A stretch of 64,000 bases of DNA. Origin: an uncultured Verrucomicrobiae bacterium (GTDB lineage: Bacteria > Verrucomicrobiota > Verrucomicrobiia > Chthoniobacterales > Chthoniobacteraceae). Location: positions 320,001 through 384,000 of the forward strand of contig CAVYKI010000012.1 of the NCBI GenBank assembly GCA_963769025.1. The letters run 5' to 3'. The position numbers and the translations under genes are program-made. Shown here one piece after another: positions 46,141 to 57,361 of this stretch. Every line of letters starts with the position of its first letter. Within the stretch, counting starts at the first letter, position 1. The notes beneath the pieces were generated by a model that worked only from the letters and a program-made list of their open reading frames with translations, did no database searches and was not told the DNA's origin.

Positions 46141-46743
46141 GTGCAGGCAGTTGCCGGATATTTTCGCTCCGAAGTGCCGGCAGGCAGGTCGGGCGCGTGG
46201 GCGATCGAGAAGGTCGTCATCCCTGAACGTGATTACGATCCCGCGGCCGATCCGCGGCCCGAGTGCTTCAAGTTTCGGCCTGGACCTTACACGTGCCTCA
46301 GCCGCGGCTCGACGCAGTTCATGACGGACCTCTACGACGAGTGGTGGACGCAGCGCAGTGCGATCGCGGAGGCGGAAGCGCGCGGTGGTGAGATTTTGAT
46401 CACCGGGCTCGGCCTCGGTCTCGTTGCCGAAGCCATGCTGCATTCGACCCGGAGCAGGATCACCCGGATCACCATCGTTGAATTCTCCAGCGACGTAATC
46501 CGGTTGGTGGCGCCGTTCCTTGCCTCGCGCTATTCGGACAAGATCGAGATCATCCACGCTGACGCCTTCGACTGGAGACCGCCCGCCGGACAGCGTTTCA
46601 CCGTGGGCTGGCATGACATCTGGCCAGATCCTAATGCGCCGGAAAATGCAGAAGAAATGGAAAAACTCGGGGCACACCATCGTTCCTGGTGCGATTGGCA
46701 AGGCTATTGGCCGAAGGAATACCTCGAAGCACTAGCCGGCTAA
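46141..46743 (+). CDS. SAM-dependent methyltransferase / spermidine-synthase-like fold protein
   Basis: 200 aa, GTG start 6 nt after the previous stop. GEILITGLGLG (motif I), ITIVEFSSDVI, IIHADAFDW, WHDIW. Confidence 0.7.
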   Translation: MQAVAGYFRSEVPAGRSGAWAIEKVVIPERDYDPAADPRPECFKFRPGPYTCLSRGSTQFMTDLYDEWWTQRSAIAEAEARGGEILITGLGLGLVAEAMLHSTRSRITRITIVEFSSDVIRLVAPFLASRYSDKIEIIHADAFDWRPPAGQRFTVGWHDIWPDPNAPENAEEMEKLGAHHRSWCDWQGYWPKEYLEALAG

Positions 46744-46867
46744 TCCCCATGCGAACTGGGATGCTTCCGTGATTCCGAAGACTCACTGCGATCTGACGGT
46801 ACGCATGCCATCACCGGCAGGGTTGCGCCGGCCCGCCGTTGCATGACGGCGTGCGCGAACCCGGGAA

Positions 46868-47359
46868 ATGATCACCTTCCGCCCATCCAGCGATGCAGAC
46901 CGCGAATTTCTCCAAGCGGTATATGCAGGCACGCGCGCGGAGGAGCTGGCGGTCACGCGCTGGAGCGAGCACGAGAAGGCGCGGTTTTGCCAGCAGCAGT
47001 TCGCTGCGCAGGACGCGCACTACCGCCAGCATTATCCCGCCGCGACGTTTTCAGTGATCGAGCGGGATGGGTGGCCGATAGGGCGGCTGTACGTGGATCG
47101 TTCGGAGCAGGAGATCCGCATCATGGATATCGCGCTTCTGCCCGAGCACCGCGGCGCCGGGATCGGGACCAAGCTGCTGCGCGAATTGCAGGAGGAAGCC
47201 CGGAGCGCGCGCAAGGCCCTGAGCATCCATGTGGAGAAATTCAACCCGGCGCTTCGTCTCTACGAGCGGCTGGGCTTTTGCACGAGGGAGGACAAGGGCG
47301 TCTATCTCCTGATGGAGTGGCGCGGAAATGCGGACTGCGGAGCGCGGAATGCGGAATGA
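46868..47359 (+). CDS. GNAT family N-acetyltransferase
   Basis: 163 aa. IMDIALLPEHRGAGIGTKLL (acetyl-CoA motif A), LSIHVEKFNPALRLYERLGF. QQFAAQDAHY is typical of the GNATs found next to tail-collar genes. Confidence 0.88.
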   Translation: MITFRPSSDADREFLQAVYAGTRAEELAVTRWSEHEKARFCQQQFAAQDAHYRQHYPAATFSVIERDGWPIGRLYVDRSEQEIRIMDIALLPEHRGAGIGTKLLRELQEEARSARKALSIHVEKFNPALRLYERLGFCTREDKGVYLLMEWRGNADCGARNAE

Positions 47360-47405
47360 ATTCGCGGCTGCGCCTTTGCCCCTCCGCACGCCAGACTCCG
47401 CATTT
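47322..47405. repeat. Heptamer (GCGGAAT-like) tandem plus inverted-tandem element at the 3' end of the GNAT gene
   Basis: GCGGAAAT GCGGACT GCGGAGC GCGGAAT GCGGAAT, followed by the complementary arm CTCCGCAC...CTCCGCATTT. Confidence 0.6.
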
Positions 47406-47410
47406 GCCGT

Positions 47411-47710
47411 TCAGTTGAAGATGGCCTCGAAGTGCGAGGCGGTGGCGTCGGCTGCGACTTGGACGAGGAAGATTTCCATGGCCCCGAGTGCGGCATTTTC
47501 GAGGCGATAGATCCCTTGCGGGAGCCGGAGCGCCGGGGCGCCGTGGAAGGTCAGTGCGAAGGGGGCACGGGGCGCGCCGGGATAGGCGGCGCCGAGCGGA
47601 CGGACTTCCGCGAGCGTGAGGGCGATGGGGCCTGCGGCGGAGGGCAGTTCAAACGTCTGGCCCACGCAGGGCGCGAACTGGGCATGGGCGGCGATGGCGA
47701 GATCGAGCAT
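47411..47710 (-). CDS. Small DUF6916-like hypothetical protein
   Basis: 99 aa. F..CVGQTF, LTLAEV, PFALTF.G, LPQGIYRL, EIFLV and C-terminal FEAIFN, the pattern of the small protein that usually accompanies tail-collar/GNAT clusters (recognised by eye). Confidence 0.7.
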   Translation of the reverse strand: MLDLAIAAHAQFAPCVGQTFELPSAAGPIALTLAEVRPLGAAYPGAPRAPFALTFHGAPALRLPQGIYRLENAALGAMEIFLVQVAADATASHFEAIFN

Positions 47711-48207
47711 CGCGAAAATGTCGGGAGACGGCGGACAAATGTCGAATCCCGAATCTCATCCGGGACGTGCCCGCGGCAGGACGGGGGATGCCAGGCTCGC
47801 GCGGACCGATCCATCACGCGCCGGGGCCGTGCGACGAAGTTCCCCTTCCCGCGTTCCGGCAGCGGCGCGACTCGGTCGGCATCCGGTCCCGGCGCCCGAT
47901 CCCCGATAGCCCGACCGGATAGCAGCCATTGAGCGACGCGATGGTTTTCGGGCGGTTTTCACCTTGCCTCCGGCGACCAAAAAGCAATGCTCCCGCGCAT
48001 GGAAATGCGGACCTTCAGATCGCGCGCGCTGATGCCTCGGAACCGCGTGGGCGGCTTCTCCGGAGAATGCGCTTTGCGTCCCGTCCGGGACCTGCTGCGG
48101 GTCCGCATCGCGCGCGGGCCGGAACCCCTTTGAGCCGCCGCAATCCCGTGCCTTTCAGTCTTTCCTGCCTATCAAATCCCATCACCGTCAACACCCGTTC
48201 ACCGCTC

Positions 48208-51200
48208 ATGAAACGCCTGCGCCTCATCTCACTTCGCGTCCAACTCTCGTGGTTGCTCCTCCCGGTCCTCCTGCTTGCCACCGCGGGCCGGAGCGCAGCC
48301 GCGCCGACTGTCACCGCGACTAAGGACGACGGCGTCACGTCCGCGAGAAAGGCGGGCGACGTGGTCACCTACACGAACACGATTTCGAACACGGCGGCCC
48401 CGGCTGGGGGAGGCGTCAACGATGCGACGGGCGTGCAGTTTGCCGATCCGGACGTGGCGCACATGCCCTACGTCGTGAATTCGCTCAAGGCGACGCCGGT
48501 GGCCATCGACGACACGTATCCCGCCACGGTCCTCGCCAACACGGGCATCAACACCGCGACGAGCACGGGCTTCAGCGTGGTGACGAATGATTTCAAGGGT
48601 TACCTGGCCGGCGCGGCGGTCGCAGTGGGGGATGTCGCCCTCACGGTTTCAGCATTCGATGCCCTGACGACGGGAGGCGGCACCGTGGTCATGACCACCA
48701 GCGGCGCGAACGTCGGGAAGTTCACCTACACGCCCGCACCGGGTTTCACCGGGACGGACACGTTCACCTACACCATCGACAACACCGCGGGCGGAACTTT
48801 GGTCAGCCGGACGGCGACCGTGAGCATTCCGGTCGGCGGGCCCGTGATTTGGTATGTCAACAACACGGCTGGGCCCGGCAACGGGACGCTCGGATCGCCC
48901 TTCAATACCCTCGCGGCGTTCCAGGCGCTCAACAACGGCATGGGCAACAATCCCGCCGCAGGCCACTTTGTGTTCCTCTATGAAAGCGCGGTGGCCTACG
49001 TGGGCCCCGTCACCCTGCTCAGCAACCAAAAGATCCTCGGGCAGGACGCCACGGCGAGTTTGACTGCCATCACAGGAGCCATGCCTCCGGGGGATATCAC
49101 TACCGCGCTTCCCGCCATGAACAGCGGCAACGCCACGATCACGAAAATCACCAGCGCCGGCAACGCGATCAATTTGAACGGTGCCGGAACCACGAATCTC
49201 GTCCGCGGCCTCACGGTTGGGAACACGACGGGGATTGGCATTTCGGGCACGGGCTTCGGCACTTTGACGGTTGCGGACACGAGCCTCGCGGACACCGGCA
49301 CACGCACGGGGCAGGCATTGAATCTAATCACGGGCACCGTGAGCGGAACCATCGACAACCTCGTGTCGAGCAGCGCCGCCAATGGGGTGTTCCTGACCAG
49401 CATCGGCGGATCACTGACCATCACTGCCGGGTCGCTGAGCGCTCTCACTGGCGACGACTTCACCATCAACGGCGGCACCGGGAGCATCAGCTACGGCGGC
49501 ACGATTACAAACAGCACCCTACGCTCCGTCCTCGTCCTCAACAAGACCGCCGGCACCATCACTTTCGGCGGCCTGATCACCGACACCGCCGGCAGCACGG
49601 GCATCGGCCTCGACACGAACACCGGCGCGACCATCAACTTCACCGGCGGCATGAGCCTCACCACCGGCGCGAACGTGGCATTCACTGCGACCAACGGCGG
49701 CACGGTGACGGCCACGCAGAACAACACGACCATCGTCAACACGATCACGACCACTACGGCCGCGGCGCTCAATGTGACGAACACAACCATCGGCGCGGGC
49801 GGGCTCACCTTCCGCAGCATCAACAAGAACGGAGGGACCAATCTCGCGGTCAGCCTCGCGAATACGGGCGCGGGCTTCTTTACGGTCACCGGCACGGGCA
49901 CGACGGCGGGCACGGGTGGCACGATCGAGAACATCAGCGGGATCGACGCCATCCGCCTCGATAACACTGACGGGCTGGTGACGCTCCAAAACATGATCAT
50001 CGAGGACATCACGCACCCGAACGACGCGGCGACCGCCAGCGACAGCCGCAGCGGCGTGGACGCGATCCACGGCCAGCAGGTGGATGGCGGCCTCACCTTG
50101 AACAACGTCACGATCCGCCGCATCAGCGACAGCGGCATCAATGGAACGCTGTTCGCGACCGGCTTGGCGACCGTCTTCAACGGGCTGACCATCATCAATT
50201 CCACCTTCGAGGACACGAACCGCTTCAGCGTGGTGAACCGGGCGGATGCCACCGATGAGGGCGCCGTCCACATCCTGGGGCTCCGGGGGACCGTGTCCAT
50301 CACCGGCAGCCTCTTCCAGCGCGTCGGCCATGGGCTCAACATCCAGACCGACACGAGCGGCACGCTCGACATGACGGTGCAGGGCAGCAGCTTCCTCGAG
50401 GTCAACAAGGAGATGCCGAGCGAGGCGTTGAAGCGCGTCGGCCTCTTCGGCATCGACATCCTGCAGGTCGGCTCGCTCTCCTCCGCCATCCGCATCGGCG
50501 ATCCCGCCGAAGCCAGTGGGGCGCTCGGCAATATCTTCACGAACAACGCCCTCGCCTCGATCCGCGTCATCGCCGAGAACACTTCGACGGGCAATCTCAA
50601 CACGGTCATCTCGCGCAACACGTTCACCGTCACCGACCACTCCTCGCCGGGGACCTTGCCGGGGAGCATGGTCTTCGACTTCCCGCAGGGCGGCGTGCTG
50701 TTGCGGGCGCGCGGCACGGGCAATTTTGAGTCCATCTTCTCGCGCAACACACTAACCGAGGTGATGCACGCCGACGGCGGTCTCGGCCAGCTTACCATCC
50801 TGGCCGAACGGGGGACTTCTGAATACATCGTCCGCAACAACACCTTCTCGCTGGCGTGGGATGCGCCCGTCGAAATCAGGGCCGATGGCAATGCGGCACC
50901 GGGTGCGGTGACCGCGCTGGTGCAGTTCACGGGCAACACCTACATCGATGGTCCTGTGGGTGGCCCGACCGACGACCTCGGGGCGGCGTTCCAATCGCCG
51001 TATGTCCCGCTTTACATCCAGGCACGAAATGGCGGCCGGCTCGACCTCACGATGCAGAATGAGGCCACGCCACTGCCGCTCAATGACCCCGCTTCCGGCT
51101 TCCCGGAATCCTTCTACGCTCAAACGACCGCCAACCCGAGCGACATCATCAACTTGTTCCTCCAGAATATCCAGTCGCCCCGTGGTTTCCGACTGAACAA

Positions 51201-54200
51201 CAATGCCGGCTCCACGTTCAACCTGTTCCGCAACGGCTCGGCGGGCGCGACGCCGCAATTGGTCCTCCAGGACAACGGCAACCGTGGTGGCGCCGGGGTC
51301 GATACGACCAACCCGCCCGCCGTCGTGACGAGTGGCACCATCACGCTCTCAAACACCACACCCACGCTGCCGGTCGTCGCGGCGCCGCTCCTTTTTGCGC
51401 CGGGCGGCATCGAGAAGGCCCACGGCACCGCGCTTTCGATTGCGGCCGCAGACATTTCGGGGCCGCTTGCGAAGTTGGGCGGGCAGACCACAAACGGCGT
51501 TGCGGGCGATACGCTGACGCAGGCCCCCGCCGCTCCCGCCGTGCTCACGCAGGCGCAGCTCGATGGCGTCGTGTCCGCGGCGATGGCGCGCTGGGAGGCG
51601 ACGGGATTGACGAAGGAGCAGGCCGCGCTGCTGCGCGAAGTCACCTTTGAAGTCGCCGATCTGCCGGGCTGGTATCTCGGCGAGGCGGCGGGCCACCGCA
51701 TCCGCGTGGACAACAACGCCGGCGGCCACGGCTGGCACATGGACGCCAGCCCGGAGAGCGACGCGCTCTTCGGCACGATCGTCTCCCCGACGCGCCGCTA
51801 CACCGATCCCGCGAGCGCACCCGCCGGGCGCATTGATTTGCTCACCACGATCCTCCACGAGTTCGGCCACGCGCTGGGCCTCGAGGATTCCTACCTCGCG
51901 CAGGACCGCGAGAGCATCATGTTTGGCCAGCTCACCAAGGGCGAACGCCGCCTCCCTGCCACCGGCCAGGCCGTCGGCGCGCACCCGCATGACCATGGCG
52001 TCTCGCACTTCCTCGTCGCCCCGCTGAACCCGATCACCGTCGGCACGCTGCCTCCGGGGAAGAGCGTGATCATCACCTACAACGTGCAGGTGGAAACGCC
52101 GATCACCCCGGATACGACCATGCAGACGAGCAGCCAGGGCACGGTGAGCGGCACCAATTTCGCCAATGTGCTCACGGATGATACCACCTTGCCCGGCGGC
52201 GCGGCGGACCCGACGGTGACGCTCCTCGCCCCGCCGCCGAAGGTGACCAACGTCACTTCCACGGCCGCTAATGGCAGCTACACGGTCGCGGCCATCATCC
52301 CGGTGACAGTGACCTTCACAAGTGCGGTGACCGTGACCGGCACCCCGCAGCTCACGCTGGAAACCGGGGCGACCGACCGCGTCGTGAACTACTCCAGCGG
52401 CAGCGGGTCCAACACGCTGACCTTCAGCTACACCGTGCAGGCCGGAGACACCTCCGCCGATCTGGATTATACCGGCACCGGCGCGCTCGCGTTCAATGGC
52501 GGCACCATCATGGATGCCCCGGGCAACGACGCGATCCTCACCCTTCCCGCCCCGGCGGCGGCCGGCTCGCTCGGCGCCAACAAGGCCATCGTGATCGACA
52601 CGACCGCGCCGACGGTGACGAACGTCACTTCGACCAGTGCGGATGGCACCTATGTTCGTCGGCAATGTCATCCCCGTCACGGTGACGTTTAGCGAAGCCG
52701 TAACCGTGACCGGCACCCCGCAGCTCACGCTGGAAACGGGCGCCACCGACCAGGTCGTGAACTACGCCAGCGGCAGCGGCACCACCACGCTGACCTTCAA
52801 CTACACCGTCCAGTCCGGCGATGTCTCCGCCGATCTCGACTACATCAGCACCACCGCGCTCGCGCTCAATGGCGGCACCATCCGGGACGCGGCGCTCAAT
52901 GACGCCACCCTCACCCTCGCGGCGCCGGGTGCCGCGGGCTCCCTCGGGGCCAACAAGGCCATCGTCATCGACGGCGTGGCTCCGACGGTGACTAACGTCA
53001 CGTCCACGAACGCCAACGGCACCTACACCCTCGGCGCCCTCATCCCGATCACGGTGACCTTCTCCGAAGCGGTCATCGTGGACACGGCAGGCGGCACCCC
53101 GCAGATCACGCTCGAGACCGGGGCCACCGACCGCACCGTGGGCTACGCCAGCGGAAGCGGCACCACCACGCTGACGTTCAACTACACCGTCCAGACGGGC
53201 GATCTCTCCGCTGATCTCGACTACATCAGCACCACCGCCCTCGCGCTCAACGGCGGGAGCATCAAGGACGCCGCGGGCAACAACGCCACGCTCACCTTGG
53301 CTTCTCCGGGAGCGGCCGGATCCCTTGGGTTCAACAAGAACCTGGTGGTGGACGGCACAGCCCCCACAGTGACCGCCGTCTCCTCCACGAGCGCCAACGG
53401 CAGCTACCCCGCGGGCACTCTCATCCCCGTCACCGTGACGTTCTCGAGTCCCGTGAATGTGACCGGCACGCCGCAGCTCACGCTGGAAACCGGCGTCACC
53501 GACCGCGTGCTCAACTACGCCAGCGGCACCGGCACCGCGACGCTCACGTTCAACTACACGGTCCAGGCGGGCGACACCTCCGCCGATCTCGATTACGTGG
53601 GCACCACGGCGCTCGCGCTCAATGGGGGGACGATCAAGAACGGCACTGGCACGGACGCGGTCCTCACGCTGCCCGCTCCGGGAGCGGCCGGCTCGCTCGG
53701 GGCCAACAAGGACATCGTGATCGATACCACCGCGCCGACGGTGAGCGGCGTCTCTTCCACGAGCGCCAACGGTGCTTACGCCGTCGGTGCTCTCATCCCG
53801 GTGACCGTGACCTTCTCCGAGGCCGTGACCGTGACCGGCACCCCGCAGCTCACGCTCGAAACGGGCGCCGTGGACCGCGTCATCAACTACGCCAGCGGCA
53901 GCGGCAGCGCCACGCTGACCTTCAACTACACCGTCCAGGCGGGCGATGCCTCCGCGGATCTCGACTATCAGAGCACGACTGCGCTCGCGCTCAATGGCGG
54001 CACCATCAAGGACGCCGCAACCAACGACGCAACCCTCACCCTTGCCGCTCCCGGCGCCGCGACTTCGCTCGGCGCGAACAAGGACATCGTGATCGACGGC
54101 GTCGCGCCCACGGTGACCAACGTCACCTCCACCAGCGCCAACGGCAGCTACGCCATCGGCGCGATCATCCCGGTCACCGTGACCCTCTCCGAGGCCGTGA

Positions 54201-57200
54201 CCGTGACCGGCACCCCGCAACTCACGCTCGAAACGGGCACCGTGGACCGCGTCGTCAACTATGCGAGCGGCAGCGGCAGCGCCACGCTGACCTTCAACTA
54301 CACCGTCCAGGCGGGCGATGCCTCCGCGGATCTCGACTACGTGAGCACCACCGCGCTTGCCCTCAATGGCGGCACCATCAAGGACACCGCGGGCAACGAT
54401 GCCACGCTCACGCTTGCCGCGCCCGGAGCCGCCGGATCGCTCGGTGCCAACAAGGACATCGTGATCGACGGCATCGTTCCCACGGTGACCAATGTCACGT
54501 CCACCGTCGCGAACGGCTCCTACGTCCCCGGCAATGTGATCCCGGTCACCGTGACCTTCTCCGAAGCGGTGATTGTGGACACTGCGGGCGGCACCCCGCA
54601 GCTCACGCTGGAAACCGGAGCCACCGACCGCGTCGTCAGCTATGCCAGCGGCAGCGGCACGGCCACGCTCACGTTCAACTACACCGTCCAGACGGGCGAT
54701 GCCTCCGGCGATCTCGACTACGTGAGCGCCGCGGCGCTCGCGCTCAATGGCGGCACCATCAAGGACGCCGCGGGCAACAATGCCACGCTCACCCTCGCCG
54801 CTCCCGGTGCCGCCGGCTCCCTCGGCGCGAACAAGGACATCAAAATCGTCGAGGCCGTCACCTACACGGTCACCACGACGGGCAACCAAATTGTCGTCAC
54901 CGACGTCGGCGGCAATAGCGACACGCTCGCGATTTCCGAACCGAGTGCCGGCAACATCCAGTTCGACGTCGCCGGGCGCACGTTTGATGTGGATGGGACG
55001 CTCCTCACCGGCGGGTCGGGGGCGCTTTCGCTCACTGGGGTCACGCAGATCACGGTCAATGCGGCGGGCGGCGATGACACGATCGATGTGGGTGCCTTCA
55101 CGGTCGCGATGCCCGGTCTCACCATCCATGGCGGCACTGGGGATGACACGGTGAACCTCAATGGCGACATCATGTTCCTCGCGGGTGCGAGCCTCGACCT
55201 CGATCTGCAGAACGACAACGCGACGCCGGGCACGGACCGGCTGAATGTCGCGATGAACGCCAACATCCTGACCTCCACCACTGGCGCCATCACGGCGAAG
55301 GTGAGCAGGAACATCGCATTCGCCTCGGGCTCGAGCTTTGAGACGGAGGATGGCGGGCTCACGCTGGAGGCCAACCAGCAGGCGACCTCAGCGACGGGCG
55401 TTTTCAAGGGCGTCGAGATCAATGGCGCCATCGTCCGCAGCACCGGCGCGGGCGTGGTGACTGTCCTCGGCAAGGGCGGAGATTCCGCCTCCATGCGGGA
55501 GGGCGTTTCGGTTCTGAACGGCGCTTTGCTCAGCGGTGGCACCGCAGGGACGACCACGGTCAACGGCCGCGGCGGATCGGGGCCCGGGGGAGCTCACGCG
55601 GGCGTATTTCTTGCGGGACCGAATTCCCAGATCACCTCGGCGGGCAGCAATGTCTCGGTCACCGGCACGGGCGGCGGCGATACCAACCAGAACGAAAACC
55701 ACGGGGTCGTCGTCCGAAACAACTCGCAGATCCTCGCGGGCGGCGCGGGGACCGTCACCGTCATTGGAAACGGAGGCAACCTCGTGGGGACCGGGAGCGT
55801 CAATATCGGCGTGTTCGTCTTCGGGACGGGTTCGGCGATTACCTCGGGTGGCGGCGATGTCGCCGTGACCGGCACCGGCGGCGGTGCCGCGAGCACGCAG
55901 TTCAATCACGGCATGCAGGTGTCCGACTCCGCCGCAGTCACGGGGACCGGCACGGCGAAAGTCACCCTCATTGGCACGGGCGGCGGCGGCAATGGCGTCA
56001 ACGCCAGTCACGGCTTCCACATGGAAAACGTCTCCGCGGTCACCGCGGTCGATGGCAACATCTCCATCACCGGCACGGTCACCGACGGCACGGCGGTGAG
56101 CAGCGGCTTCAGGCTCTCGAATGCAGTGGCTGTCGGCTCGAAGGTGCAGACGACCGGCACAGGCACCATCACCGTCATCGCCGACACGATCGACATCAGC
56201 ACCAGCGGCGTGACGATCGAGGCGGGCGCGAACACCGTGACCCTCAAGCCGAAGACGCTCGCCCAGCTCGTTGACCTCGGGGCGGCGGACAGCGCCTCGA
56301 CCCTCGGCCTCACCGATGGCGAGCTGGATGTGATCACCGCCGGCACGGTGCAGATCGGCGACGCGCAGAGCGGGCCGATCGGCATCAGCGCGGCCATCAG
56401 CCCGGCGAACTACCGGACGCTCGCCCTGGCGCGCGACACGACCTTTGCCGCCAGCGGCGGGTTTGCCTCGGACATCGGGCCGACGGCGGCGGACATCGAG
56501 AAAATCACCATCACCGGCACGCTCAGCATCACCGCCGGGGCGACGCTCACCACGGCGGCCAAGGGCGGCTTCATGCCCGTGACCGGGCAGATGTTCCAGA
56601 TCATCACCAACGACGACGCGGACGCCATCACCGGCACCTTCAGCGGGCTGCCGGAAGGGCAGACCATCAACCCGTTCCTCGGCGTGGCCATCAACGCCCG
56701 CATCACCTACCTCGGCGACACGGGCAACGACGTGGTCATCATCACCAACACGCCGCCGGTCGCCAACCCGGTGTCGGTCGAGCGTTACCCCACGCAGAGC
56801 ATCAAGATCCCGATCGCCACCATCATGGCGCAGACTTCCGACCCGGATCCGGGCGACACGGTTTCCTTCGTGAGCGTCGGCACTCCCACGGCCCCCGCGC
56901 ACGGGACCGTGTCGGTGTCGGGCGGCTTCGTCTTCTACAAGCCGACCGGGCTGGGCACGCCAGGCGTGGACCAGAACCCCGAGCTCGGGTTCAGCTACAC
57001 CGTGCAGGACAACCACGGCTCGCAGACCGTGGGCACCGTGGTCATCGGCATCAAGGTGGACAACGCGCCTTCGCAGAACATCACCAAGCTCACCATGCAG
57101 CCAGACGGCTCCGTGGCCATTGACTTCTCCGGCATCCCCAACCGCACCTACGGGCTGCAGTTCAAGGTCATGCTTTCCGACCCGTCGTGGACCACCATCG

Positions 57201-57307
57201 GCCCCGTCACCGTGGACCAATACGGCGCCGGCCACTACGTGGACGGCCCCCCGCCCCACGCCTCCGCCAGCGGCTTCTATAGGCTCGTCTATCCTTACGT
57301 GCCGTAA
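48208..57307 (+). CDS. Giant secreted protein D (~3,030 aa): DUF11/Ig/cadherin-like domains, beta-helix, metzincin-like HExxH domain, 7 tandem Ig-like repeats, C-terminal FYRL domain; one +1 frameshift at ~52655
   Basis: Signal peptide [32 protein letters not shown] at ATG 48208. PVAIDDTY...[19 protein letters not shown] is cadherin/Big-like. [11 protein letters not shown] at 51856-51888. ORFs 47929-52692 and 52637-57307 join inside repeat unit 2, which is 373 bp instead of 372. Confidence 0.85.
52237..54850 (+). repeat. Seven tandem ~124-127-aa Ig-like repeats in protein D
   Basis: Units start at about 52237, 52609, 52982, 53363, 53735, 54107 and 54479. Consensus [83 protein letters not shown]...[23 protein letters not shown]. 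Confidence 0.9.
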
Positions 57308-57361
57308 AGAACATCACCACCAATCACCGCCGAGAAAGAGCCTGTCACCCAACCCATCGCT

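Noticed and set aside
47929..48207. Upstream TTG start of the 47929-52692 ORF
   Set aside because: The extension is Arg/Pro-rich and not protein-like. A clear signal peptide begins at ATG 48208.
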